This document shows, in pieces, positions 1 through 12,491 of a DNA stretch of 64,000 bases; position 1 is the stretch's first letter; the number at the start of each line of letters is the position of its first letter. The notes under the pieces were generated by a model. It was not told the DNA's origin. It made no database searches and was given only the letters and a program-made list of their open reading frames with translations. Location of the stretch: positions 40,548,001 to 40,612,000 of the forward strand of contig OX597820.1 in the NCBI GenBank assembly GCA_951406725.2, written 5' to 3'. The translations under genes and the position numbers were made by a program. Source of the stretch: Octopus vulgaris. Taxonomy: Eukaryota.

Positions 1-2104
1 GAACTGACCAAATTAAGAGAAGAAATTTATCATAACAGTGTTGTAGCTAGTATCATATTTACTGTACACCCCATCTCTGCAGTAAGATGCTTATAGATTT
101 CTGAATATGATTTATGCTGTGAGTTCCAATAATAAATGAATGTAACGTAATATTCTAGGTTACAACAGCATTACATTCATAACTACGGAGAGAATAAAGA
201 AGAAATTTGGTATTAGATTAGCGAAGTTGTAATTATGCAAACCCATCAATTAGATGTATCAAAAAATTTAATCTATGTAACTTTTGGGTGGAAGTAATAC
301 ATCAGATGCTTAATTTTATGCTTCTTACAACACAGAGGAGAAGGTGAAGGGATTAGTGGTAAGGTTATTGGACTCGCGAAGTTTAAGTCGTTTGTTCGAC
401 TCTCGGTCCGGAAGGCTTCCTTGCACTCAAGTGAAAAGGATTACCTGTGTCATCAAGGATTGAACCTGCAAAGGACAGGGATACAAGACTTTACTCATGA
501 AAATGAAGTCTTGAAATTTTAACCTAAATTCATTGATAATACAGATATGCCCTGGTCACATGAAGATGTCAGCTAGGAGCATAACGTTTTTGTAAAGGAA
601 ATAACTGGAATGCGGATTTAAATATTACTTATTTTGCATCATGAACTTTGAAGAGTAATATTTTTTGTGTTTTGTCGAAAAGAAATCATTATTTTATTCT
701 GTTTTTAACAGGAAAATAATGACAAACAATAGGAAATGTTCGAGCAATACAGCTGAATATTTGGTACAGTTAGTACCCTTGTCTATATCAAAACTACAGG
801 ATTTCGACTGTACATGCCTTTGCATCAGGAATTTTTGTTCTTTTTTCTTTGCTTTAGTGTGTTTTTAATTTCATACTGTGATTCTCCCATTCACATCAGT
901 GGAGTTTAGTAGTTTTCGTTCTATATAAAGATGCGGAAGTTCCCTCCCAAAATTATTATCCGGTTTGTTTTGTTTTCAATAAGCTTGCAGTAGCTAGCAA
1001 AGTTTGCCCTGAGCAACAATAGAGATAGATGAAATCTTTACATAAAACTTATTTTTATTCGTATGCTCAAAATATGAGATGCTTCATGATCAAATAATTT
1101 TGACCTAACGAGTGAACGATATCGGAGATATACGTCAGGATTTTATGCAATAGTTCTGAGGAGAAATTGAACTCAGCTCTCTACGCTAACGAACTATTCG
1201 CGTATTATAAGATATTGATTAAGCCTATACACAGTAACTATATCTGTTAAATGAATTTAGCCTGCAAAAGTCAAATCAGTTTTGGTTATAGGTACATCTT
1301 AATGTTGATGATAATAAACAAAACAATAAGTGTTCATTCTGCGGTCTAGTTTGATACCTTGTCGAATCAGCTAACCACGCTGCATATTGAAGTGTTGATA
1401 GGAAAGTATGAGTTACATAGCAGTACGGTATTAAAATCTTCTTGTGAATAATACGAAATCATTTCAACCGTATTTTTCAGTTCCCTCTCTGAAGAGCATT
1501 GTTAGAGGATTTGGCAGATACCTTATTATAGCTGATCTCAAAGTGCAGTACACTGGCTGACTCAATCATTGAAAATATCTTGGGATAGCGCGATCGATAA
1601 ATGCAAAGTAGTCTTGGTGATGATAATTTCTATGATATCTGCCAAGCCATTGATATGATATTTAGTTACTGGCTTGGTTATCGTCGTCAGTTGGTGTTGC
1701 TATTCTGTGTGTTGTTAAATGTGATTGTCAGTCAGTACCAGACAACACTTCGTTTATTTTTTGATAGTTGCCAGATAACTTTTGTCATCCACTAACACCA
1801 AAACAATGGGGGATATTAGTTAGCTTAAACTTCAGAATAAAGTTTAATAGTATTTGGCAACTTTCAACATCAAACTTTTATAGAAGAGCAAAAGATAGCT
1901 TTGCTTTTATTAGAAAATTAAAATTGTTATTATATAGGATTAGGTATGAACGGAATTATTCCGAAAAGATTTTCTTCGTAACTATGTGGTTCCAGGTTCA
2001 ATCTCACTCGTAGCCCCTCGAAAAATTCCTTTTGCTATAATTTCGGATTTTAATCATACAACACACACACACACACACACACACACATACTTACACACAG
2101 ATGT

Positions 2105-2633
2105 TACCTATATTAAGAGAAGCAAAATTCTGTCTGTCCGTCTGGGATCCCTGTATCTCAGTCAAAATTTGCACTACATAGACATATACCTTTTCGAAAT
2201 TAGGATGATTGAAAATTTGCCCTTCATTTGCTTCTTGAACATCCAGCATTGGAATTTGATTTAAAAGCAGTTGCTTTGCTTTTTCTAGCTTGGCTGATTC
2301 ACAACATCTTGCTTGGCATTTGTCAGAGGAGTCCAGTGATCAAGGGATAGATAAATGTTATTCACTTCGTTACTTTTACGTCAAGATAAGAACTGTGGGA
2401 GAAATTGTTCAACAGTTGGAATTCAACTTGGGACTGGAACAATAGAATGATTGCATTACCGAATTCATTCTCATCCGTCCTTCACCTCTGATCAAACACC
2501 ACTGGGGCATATCGTCATTATAGGTATGTTATAATTATACAATTTAGCTCTCATTAGCCTTGGATCGCAGACCCAATTAGCCTTCCGCAGGAGCTCCATT
2601 AAAGGTCCGCACAGAGTGCGGCTTTTAAGCTAA
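2105..2633 (+). mobile_element. Non-autonomous Helitron-like element
   Basis: 5' end ...CTATATTAAGAG...CTGTCTGTCCGTC; subterminal hairpin CCGCAC-aga-GTGCGG (2607-2621) followed by CTAA (CTRR) then T, the typical Helitron 3' end. Confidence 0.5.
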
Positions 2634-2956
2634 TAACTCAGAAAACTTTTTGTTAGACTATATTTCGGAAGCAAGAAAGAAACCTTGAGGACTGGGTTTA
2701 TTTAAGCGGAGCCGGAGAAAAAAAGAGAAACGAAAGAAGTTACCGTCGATAGCGAAACATTGAAATTGACAAGGAAGGGTAAGGGGATGGTAAAGATGAT
2801 AAACGTTACGTAGTCGAAGCATGCTAGATACATGACACACATTCTTGAATATTTGAGACACACATACACACGCGCACACACAAACATATAAACTTAGACA
2901 TAACTGCAGTTTAAGCAAAATGATATATATGTGTGTGTGTGTCTGTGCGTGCGTGC

Positions 2957-2991
<35 letters not shown>

Positions 2992-2993
<2 letters not shown>

Positions 2994-3165
2994 CGGGAAG
3001 CTTTATGAAAATAGACAAAAGACGAAGGCAGGTTTACGGAAATAAACAAAAGACGAAGGCAGGTGGAATACAAACAAACAATTGTATTAGTATGGCGCTC
3101 AGGAAATATAAATAAAACAAGTCTTTAACGTTTCGAGCCTACGCTCTTCAACAGAAAGATGTATA
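2992..3165 (-). mobile_element. Short (TA)n-abutting repeat with minimal hammerhead-like motif (PLE-type)
   Basis: Near-identical to 51297-51435 and related to 19822-19925. Minus strand of 3121-3160 reads TCTTT-CTGTTGA-A-GAGC-GTAG-GCTC-GAAA-CGTT-AAAGA. Small internal duplication at about 3007-3064. Confidence 0.65.
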
Positions 3166-4070
3166 TAGGGAGCGAGAGACAGAGAGAGATAGGGAGAGAA
3201 AGTGAGAGAGAGAGACAAAGAAATAGAGAGAGAAGATGCGCATGGCCCCGATGCGAAGTTTCGCGAGGTAGACTACGATTAAGTCTAGTTTCTGGTCTCG
3301 TCAAATATTCATGGAACTGCCTTGGGTTTCTGATTCGCCAAACCCATATACCAGCTGAAACTAACCTCTCTTATAGGCTTTGCATGCAAACCAAAATCTC
3401 AACTCCTGATTTAAGGCCTCTACTTTCTAATTTCTTCTCTCCAATTTATTTCAAACTGCGTATTTTCCTTTATAAAAAATATGGTAGATTGCAAGATCTA
3501 TGGCTATCTTATACATATACAAAAGGTATATATATATACATTGAGGGTGTTGATACGTAATTCTATAAACATTTTCTACTGGAAGGAAACTAGTCAGTCA
3601 CTGTGATATATTGTATCTGCAATTCTATCGATAAAATGTGCACATATTACGAATAAGTATATGTATGCGTGTTTGTATGCTTAACAGTACTGCATCCCTT
3701 CTTGACAGAAGCAGCAGATTAACCTTTAGGTAAAGCAAAATCGATAAAATTAATACCAACTGGAACTAAGTACTGCGAACTCTGTGATCTATCAGATGTA
3801 GTTAATATGGCATATCAGTATGGCGACAGTAATGCAGCCGGAGCTAGTAGAGGAATGAAGTAAATTAATTTATTAAGTAAATTATTTACTTGTGTGCGAC
3901 AATGTGAATTAAAGGTTGAACTGTTTATCACTATAATCGCCAACGACTCATATTTACACACCTCGCATACACATGCGTAAGCATGAGTAAACATACACAT
4001 ACACGCACACACAAACATGAATACACACACACACACACATGAATACACACACACACACACACACATGAAT

Positions 4071-4207
<137 letters not shown>

Positions 4208-4219
4208 TAGACAGAGACA

Positions 4220-4930
4220 GGATTGGAAGGAGTCCTTTCTGCAATATGGATAATATATTTATCTGAGTTTATGTTTCCCTCACACTCCACCAGCTCTGAT
4301 TGACCAATGCTTGCTCCAAATTTTTCCCCAGACCATCGCAGAAAGCTGCCATGTTTCATTGTTGCTGCAATCTTCTCACATCAAATTCTCGATCACAGAA
4401 TCTTCGGAACCACACTCAACGACTGTCAGAAAATACAGACTATCTGGAAGCATTTTAAGAGAATATGACTGTGTCCCAAAATGCCTGTGGCCTCTCCACC
4501 ATCTCACAGGCGCGAACTTTTCTCCGCTTGATATTAGCTTGTCAAAAAAGTGGCTTCCTTCTTACTGTTCTGCTATAGTAACCGAGTTTACGAAGATACC
4601 TGACAACTGTTCTGTGACTGATACCAACTGGCACTGCTGTGTTAGAGGCTTTGTATCTAGGATTATCTGCCACACTTCTCTTAACAAAAAGAAGGGTCTT
4701 GCTAAATGACCCTGGCCAACCTAGGCGAGGTGATGAGGACTCCTTCCCCTCTCTGGTGAAGTGCACAATCACACTATTAGTTGTAGAAAGCGGGATCCCA
4801 AGATTTTCTGCAATTTTACACTAAATCCACCTTCAGAATGACCCATAATGCGGCTTCTTTGATATTCAGACAGTTCCAAGTCTTCTTTAGTACATGACAG
4901 GATTAAACAGTCACATATAGAACCTGAAAC
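4220..4930 (-). mobile_element. Decayed Tc1-family transposase remnant
   Basis: Frameshifted frames [29 protein letters not shown], ..[36 protein letters not shown] and ELVECEGNINSDKYI match the Tc1 HTH and DDE regions. Confidence 0.75.
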
Positions 4931-5024
4931 ATAAAAATGTCAAGTGATAAAAAAATAGAAACCTTTAAAATTTAGAATAAATATAAAACGATACTTTTGG
5001 GGTTGTCTATTTATTTCTGCCATG

Positions 5025-5110
<86 letters not shown>

Positions 5111-5139
5111 ACGGACTCTCCGTCATACATATATGACGT

Positions 5140-5390
5140 ATGGGTGTTCAGCTTTTGCGGAACGACCAGCACAAATGATTTGTTTATAGTAATCAAGTGT
5201 ATGCGCTGTATATTAGCTTACTCGCTCCATCGAATCGACGTTGCCTGAACAGGCGTATTGTGTACCACGCGTCAAGTGTCAAAGTGATCGCCGCGCAACG
5301 TGAGATGAAATGTTTTGCTCAAGAACACAACACACCAACAAGCTTAGGAATTGAAACCATGATCTCACGATCGAGAATGCAAATGTGACA
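5140..5390 (-). mobile_element. tRNA-derived SINE (degenerate)
   Basis: Minus strand has B-box-like GGTTTCAATTCC followed by TGTTGTGTTCTTGAGCAAAACATTTCATCTCACGTTGC, a tRNA-head plus core layout like the 8767 family. Confidence 0.55.
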
Positions 5391-5399
5391 ATTCTAAGC

Positions 5400-5990
5400 T
5401 GATGAAAAGAGTTGACACCGGGTGAACCCCTTTTGTCTCGGCCCAACACATACTTCAAAACAAACCCGTTAGCTGACCATGGTACGAAATTATAGTTGTA
5501 CAGCGACTCTGTAATCTTCTACAAATTGCGTTTTATACCTATTGCTATCTTTATCATCTATAGAGCCTTTATCCAAGTCATAATTATGCTACAATTAAAG
5601 ATGTTCACGAAGTAAAAGTGCAATTCATATACTTTTAATTACACAATTATGTCTGGCACAAAGAAAATTAACTCAACTAGATATAAACCTAAATTTAATT
5701 TCTCCTGTTGCTCCTTCGACTTTACCCTTTACTTCCTCGAGATTTCTACTCAACAAATTACCATGTATTGTTAAAAAAAAAATCGTCCTGTAATTCTCCA
5801 GTTTTTCGGTTCGATCCTTTTGTACATTGGTGTTACCAACAACTCTGTTAATCGTTCTGGTCTTTTTTTAAGCGGGACAAGAAGGGCAGCACTTCTGAAC
5901 ATATTTCAGGCTTCCACTATAGTGAAATTTCCATCTCTAACTATGTCCGAGATGTTGCAGTAGAGTAGACTTCGCTAAAATCTCCATAAC
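5400..5990 (-). mobile_element. Highly decayed LINE reverse-transcriptase fragment (RTE/CR1-like)
   Basis: Broken frames TPMYKR..ENYRTI (RT P.YKKG..NYRPI motif) and FEVCVGPRQ (F.V.VG.RQG motif) occur in the expected order. Confidence 0.4.
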
Positions 5991-6054
5991 GGTCACATAT
6001 AGTTATTAAACCGAGCGACATATAAAGTTTATCACGTCAAAATAGGGAAACGCC

Positions 6055-6175
6055 TTTTGACGAACTTCACAGTTTCCGTCTAGCAAATTTCACTCACACA
6101 TCTTTTGTCGACTCCTGGACATTTGCCGAATATGTTTCACTCTGGTGTGAAATCTCAAACCACGTAACTACGATA
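6055..6175 (-). mobile_element. Degenerate SINE family A fragment
   Basis: CAGTTTCCGTCTAGCAAATTTCACTCACA resembles the reverse complement of the 18705 SINE segment TGTGAGTGGATTTGGTAGACGGAAACTG. Confidence 0.5.
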
Positions 6176-8532
6176 AAATTGTAGTTCTGTGCAAGATCAA
6201 TTTCCAAGTTAAAATCATTCCCTAACAGCGGTGCATCATATAATCACTACACAGCTATGATACGAAGGGAGATATAACAAGCAGACGCTGCGATAAGAAT
6301 TAAGGCAATATATAAGGCAAGAGATAATAAAACATATAGAAGCTCCGGGAAGAATGTGGATATCAAAACGCTAGCAACAATGGAAAGGAAGCAGGCTAGT
6401 TCACTTTGCTGGAGATTTGTACGGCTAGCAGAAGAAATAACAGGAAGAACATATAGAATATAGAAAGCACGACGAAGAACTTCCGCGCTTGTTGCACACG
6501 TTCAAAATTGTTTATATTCAGCTAAAGTAGCCTATCAAATGCAATGCAGAACAGGGAAGTTTGGCGAATCATCTGAGAAAGTTAGAAGCAATTTGCACTC
6601 TTTCGTGAAGAAATGCAGAAAATAGTTTTATGTTTACAGTGTGAAGTGCAATTAGAGTAATTTCTTTGCAATGGTTTTGTTAGAGATAAAGAGGGAAATG
6701 CATAAGCATAATTGTTGTTTGAGATGGTGGTTGTTGTTGGGTTTGGTCACAAGTCAAATTTAATCGAACAAAGCAACGATCAAACACATTCCGTTAAGCG
6801 TCCGAATGATTAAATTATCCAATAGGATATAGCTTTCATTTAAAAAAAAATGTAGTGTACAATTTGATGGAGGGTTGTCTTATATTTTAGCAAGTCAAGT
6901 GTTTATATAGATTTTCCCAGATTAGTTCATTTTTCGGCAATATTTTGAGAAGTGATGAGAGAAAAAGTAAGGAAATTTGAAAGACTCAGGCAAAGGAAAA
7001 TATATTTCTGTCCTCTATATTTCCCCTGAGTCAATCCTGAGATAACGAATGGTAATATAGGTGTTGTGACAGTGTAGGAAAATCTGTGGTTGAAATACTA
7101 ATATGAGATGATGCACATTAGTTCGTTCGGATTTATGAGGTATTCATATATATTCCATTAGCCAATACTAACCTGAAATTTCAGGTATGTAGGTGTTATT
7201 GTTAATACATGTCGTGAACTTGGCGATCCAAGCCGTTGTTGTCGTAGAGTATCCGATAGTGCACATCCATTATGCAGCTTCCCATTGCTCTCAGATGTTC
7301 TCCTTTTCTTAAGTGCTGAAGTCGTTTGGTACACAATGGCTTATTTCGATATATGCTGCTAGCCCTATATTCAAAGACTGTTCCCGTATCCAGCACGTTG
7401 GGACCCACTCAAAAGTCGTTCTCCATCCCAATCTTATCTTGGTAAGCCATTAACAAACCTATATAAAATCAACTCAAAATAGATTTTAGTATGCAATTTT
7501 AAGTATTTTATTCTGATTATAATGACCTTCATATTAATAACTATACGAATTAATATTTTTCATATCCGATCGTATTGCAGTAAATAATATACGAATTAGT
7601 AGAGCTCTAACTTCGCAAGGCTTTATTCAAGCAGGAAGTGATAGTTTTAAAGCTCCATTTGATATTGAACTTAGTATGTTGTATTTCTCTTCACACACGT
7701 TGCTGCCAAATTTGTTTGGGCCTCTGGTGGCAAAAATATTTAGGCATTTCCATCTAAACCTATCTCATAAAAAAAAGAAACAATTATATTTACATCTGGA
7801 AACAAATTAAATTCATTGATTTAATAATACAAATATTTAAAGACATTATCATTTTGTTGATATTTTATTACAGGAAGAAACTGTTGTTCCTGAATTCTTA
7901 AATATACGCATAACAACAATTTATACAATGTATAATGACGGCTGAATAATGAATGGACAGAAATATACCCTCAAAGCAGAAATAATTCTTCTGTTTTTTT
8001 TTTTATTTTCGTCAGAAATTGTGCTTGAAAAGGAAAAAAAATTAAATATTTTCCCTCTGTTTTCAAATATGAGATGTTACGAAAATATGCGGTGCTTACC
8101 ACTGTTGTAAGTGATGAAGACAGTGTAATTACAAAATATTTTTATTGCCTTAAAGTCTTGAGCTCAATTTTTCGTACTGATAAAAACTATTGCAGGGATG
8201 TAAACGAGAATGTATCAATAGCTATCGTTATCACGAACATAGTGCAATAATTGGAGGTTTCCTTGAACCAATGCGTAGAAAAACAAAAACAGGGTTTACT
8301 TTCCAACGATCAGCAATATTCAATTGCAAAGAAAAAAAAAATCACAACAATGCAATTCGGAATGGTGTTCCATCAAATAGAAATACACATCACAATACTG
8401 GTAGTTCGGTGGTTCATTAGCATACTGCACAAGACGCAGAATTTAAATATGTCGATGACGAAATTAAACGACCGAGTGAATACAATATTAAAGGAACAAA
8501 TACATATCGATTGTATTTAATTTCCTAGGACG

Positions 8533-8680
8533 CAAGTAGTAGTAGTAGTAGTAGCAGCATCAGCAGCAGCAGTGGTAGTAGTAGTCGTGATGGTGGTAGT
8601 GGTAGTTGTTCTTAACAGCAGCAGCAGCAACGGCAGTAGTAGTAGTAGTAGTAGTCGTGATGGTGGTGGTGGTAGTTGTT
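8533..8680. repeat. (GTA/GCA/GTG)n compound trinucleotide microsatellite
   Basis: Seen directly in the sequence. Confidence 0.9.
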
Positions 8681-8766
8681 TTTTTGTTGTTCCAGTACTG
8701 ATTTCATTCAACTGACAAATGACCAAAGGCATACTTACACTCTTTTCTCAAAGAATAATGTATCTA

Positions 8767-9262
8767 GGAGGAAGCGCAATGACCCAGTGGTTAGGGCAGC
8801 GGACTCGCGGTCGTAGGATCGTGGTTTCGATTCCCAGACCGGGCATTGTGAGTGTTTATTGAGCGAAAACACCTAAAGCTCCACGAGGGTCCGGCAGGGG
8901 ATGGTGGTGAACCTTGCTGTACTCTTTCACCACAACTTTCTCTCACTCTTTCTTCCTGTTTCTGTTGTACCTGTATTTCAAAGGGCCAGCCTCGTCACAC
9001 TCAGTGTCACGATGATTCTCCCCGAGAACTACGTTAAAGGTACACGCGTCTATGGAGTGCTCAGCCCCTTGCACGTTAATAAATGAGCTGCAACGTCACT
9101 GGTGCCAAGCTGTATCAGCCTTTGCCTTTCCCTTGGATAACATCGGTGGCGTGGAGAGGGGAGGCCATTATGCATGGGTAACTGCTGGTCTTCCATAAAC
9201 TTGTGCCTCGGAGGGTAACTTTCTAGGTGCAATCCCATGGTCATTCATGACCGAAGGGGGTC
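8767..9262 (+). mobile_element. tRNA-derived SINE family C, long copy
   Basis: tRNA-like head (GACCCAGTGGTTAGGGCAGCGGACTCGCGG..GGTTTCGATTCCC, A/B boxes); the head and CACAACTTTCTCTCACTCTTTC are shared with 47228-47523. Confidence 0.8.
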
Positions 9263-9492
9263 ACAGCAAAAGTGTATCTAGGAATGCATAACATGAGAAG
9301 CCTCGCATTCATGTTCCATGCAGTCGACATTCGTATTGTAGGGCCAGCGGTGAGGAATGTAGTCCTGATAATTGAAACCAGTTTCCTTACAACTTTGCGA
9401 TTTCGCTATTGGTTTACAGTGATACTGTGAAGATTAGGCTGTTATTTCTTGTATTTTGTGAGACTACATAGACTCATATTTGTATTTCGTAG

Positions 9493-9647
9493 CGTATTTA
9501 GGCTCATCCTAATTGTACACACATGTCCCGTTCATATGTGTATATTAATGGGTTATGTAACTTCCGTGTTATATTCTATATTGTATGCCATGTCGTATAT
9601 TTCTAAGCTTAAGTTTATTTTATCTAAGTTTATTCAGTAACCTATAC
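9493..9647 (+). repeat. ~155-bp direct repeat, copy 1 (copy 2 at 11040-11194)
   Basis: CGTATTTAGGCTCATCCTAATTGTACAC...ATTCAGTAACCTATAC occurs twice with scattered substitutions. Confidence 0.9.
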
Positions 9648-9771
9648 GTTTCTTTCTTTTTTTCTCTCTCAGAATCATAACCTCGGATCTAAGCAAATAT
9701 CATTGATACATAGAATAGTTAGGAGAAATTATTTTTACCTAATAATCGACGTCATTTTCGAACTAACATAG

Positions 9772-9985
9772 GTTTCACATTTTTGGCACAATGCCAGTAC
9801 TTTCGTGGGGAGGGGTTAGTCGATTACATCGACCCCAGCACTCAACAGGTATTTAATTTATCGACTCCGAAAGGATGAAAGCAAAGTCGACCCCAGCGGC
9901 ATTTGAACGCAGGAATTAAAGTCGATAAAAAGGCCTCAAAGAATTTTATCTGGCCCGGTAAAATCCAGCCAGCTAGCCGTCTTAT
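9772..9985 (-). mobile_element. SINE family B copy
   Basis: Reverse complement of the 15397-15612 element (CGACTCCGAAAGGATGAAAGCAAAGTCGACC...ATTTGAAC). Confidence 0.75.
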
Positions 9986-9999
9986 TTTTGTACTAATAT

Positions 10000-10215
10000 T
10001 GATTTCAAATATTGGCACAAGGCCAGGAATTTCGGGGAGGAATTAAAACGATTATATCAACTCTAGTATTCAACTGTCATTTAATTTATCAACTGCGAAA
10101 GATGAAAGGTAAAGTTAACCTAGGCGGAATTTGAACTCCGAACTTGAAGACGGATAAAATGCCGCTAAGCATTTAGCCCAATAATATGCTAAAGATTCTG
10201 CCGGCTCGTCACTTT
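10000..10215 (-). mobile_element. SINE family B copy (tandem with previous)
   Basis: GGCACAAGGCCAG..GATGAAAGGTAAAGTTAACCTAGGCGGAATTTGAACTC..AATGCCGCTAAGCATTT..GATTCTGCCGGCTCG. Confidence 0.75.
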
Positions 10216-11039
10216 AATTTCAAAGTAATATTAACATCAAATTCAAATCCATTCTGTAAGAAGTCTACTGAAAACTAACAACGATAGAGCTAGCACGTAG
10301 ACGCCAACCCAGCAGTTGTTACCAGAATGATGTCTTATGACAAACTAAGAACTGTTTAATATATGCAAAAACAGCAACAATAGCAGCATTAAATACAATT
10401 GAGCTATTATTATCATCATCCTTATTAAAATCATCATGTTGTTGCGTTTGTTGTTACTGTTGCTATTGTCGCTTGGAGTGGACGCGTTGCAACTACTCTG
10501 TGAGTTATTGACTTCTTTCCGTTGCTATTTTTGTTTCCTTTTTTTTTGTTGTTGTATAATGAGTCGTGTTTTGAGCAAACTATAAGGATCTGAAGAAAAG
10601 TTATGGCTATTTGCCAGAAGAGGCGAAATTTGCAAATCAGAATAAGACTTTCTTTACGAAATACTGTCTAAAATTTTCAATAGGACGGAGGTATCTTCGC
10701 CAAACGGAGAGAGGACGGTGGGAGATAGTTTTGAAATCTAAATTTGCTTCCACACTCAATCTTCCTCGGCCGATATTACAAGCATTGAAAGAGGTAGTAG
10801 CAGCAGAATCAATAGCAACAACGTCATCACCACCTGTAAGATCAACAAGAACATAAAAGAAAAAAGTATGTGGAAACAACGGTACCATTACTACCACCGC
10901 ATCATAAATGCCTTCCGAAGTAACCATAACGAACAAGAAAAACAGAAGAAAAAATACATTTCTTTACTCATAACATGTGAAAATTCAACTACCGCCACCA
11001 CGACTAAACCATCATTATCACCAACACAGTCGCTGAAAA

Positions 11040-11194
11040 CGTATTTAGGCTCATCCTAATTGTACACAAAGATCCCGTTCATATGTGTATATTAATGGGC
11101 TATGTAACTTTTATGTTATATTCTACATTGTATGCTATGTCATATATTTCTAAGCTTAAGTTTATTTTATCTAAGTATATTCAGTAACCTATAC
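11040..11194 (+). repeat. ~155-bp direct repeat, copy 2
   Basis: Matches 9493-9647. Confidence 0.9.
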
Positions 11195-11199
11195 ACAAA

Positions 11200-12490
11200 T
11201 CAAGCATTAATGGTTTCACTGCTGCGGTGCGTCAAATAGAAGAAAATGTAAAGCTGTCAATGGATGAGTTAAAAAACGCAAGAAGGCTGTTAAACGTGGA
11301 AGAAGGCTTACTCTTAAAACTCCTGAAACTATTGTACTGGACACACTCAGAAAAAACACATAAAATTAATCCTAACATCAAGCAGGAAAATTGCAGCAAA
11401 GCTGTGTGAGTTGTGACATGCGCATTGTATTTTTATTCTTCTCTTCCGTTTTATGAATCCAACGTACACATGTGCATTGTTTATACTTCGCTTTCCGGTT
11501 CCTACTGAAACATTTTACAAGTCACAACCATCTCACGGGCCTGTTATAGTGAGTAGCACTTTGCGCTCCGATGGCTGTGAGAAGACACACAATGCCATAA
11601 AAACTAAATATCCTGAAGGAGTAAAGGATTTCAGGAGAAATATCAACAAAATATTGAAACATCTACATCGTAGAAACATCCACATACAACCATGGGGACA
11701 GGACGTTCATCCAAACCTCTCCTGTCAGTAACATTTTGCTTCTATTTCATGGCCTTGCTCATATTAGGCAGTATAAATGCATGTGGCCTCGTGTCGCCTT
11801 GGAAACAAGGCCATCTAAACAACAACCTCTGGTCACTAAATGTCAATGTCATGGCTGTTAGTGAAACCAGACTCCCTAACCGACGAGCTTTCATGCCCAT
11901 TTTCGCTGGATACGAGATTTATGTATTACCATGTCAACCAGGAATAAGAGATGGAATTGCAATATTGCTCTGGAGAGGTCTGTATCTCAAGATGAGGATT
12001 ACGTTCCTGGACCTAGATGCGATAAGTATTGATGGGGGAGCTTTCAGACATGTGACTGTTTTATGCTCCGACAGATGCAGGACAACCTGACTTCTTCAAG
12101 TGTCTGAAGGTTTTTGTAGGAATGTCTCGACCTTTAGTGTTACTGGGCGATTGGGACGCCATTTTGGAGAGCCATGTTTGGACCGTGCACGACTAGAATA
12201 TAGGAGAGGGAGGGGCAAAAGCCTCGCAAACCTGCTCATACATTTCCAAGTGTCTGATAGGTACCGACTAGATTTCCTGAATGTGTTTCTATGGACATGG
12301 ACAAATCGCATTGAGTCGCCCAGTTCTTTTCTAACTAGATAGGATATTCTGTAGGCCAGTTGATAAAGTCGTCCACTTTTCAAAATCCTCAGCTACACAG
12401 ACCACAAATTTGTGATCTGTACAGTTGACCAGGTAGGCTTAGAATGTAGGGAGAAGGTTACTGAAAGACGAACACGTCTCTCCAGGCGTG
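11200..12490 (+). mobile_element. Tx1/L1-group LINE remnant: putative ORF1 end plus APE endonuclease
   Basis: GSINACGL..VMAVSETRL..GIAILL..VYAPT..LVLLGDWDA..WTWTN..YTDHKFV..GY*KTNTSL are apurinic-endonuclease motifs of Tx1-type ORF2; frameshifted. Confidence 0.75.
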
Positions 12491-12491
12491 G

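Noticed and set aside
340-420. tRNA-like A/B boxes (TAGTGGTAAG..GTTCGACTC)
   Set aside because: No complete cloverleaf; most likely a decayed SINE head, too eroded to call.
7202-7458. Selenoprotein exon (in-frame TGA on minus strand)
   Set aside because: No known selenoprotein motif and no SECIS recognised; one TGA is expected by chance.
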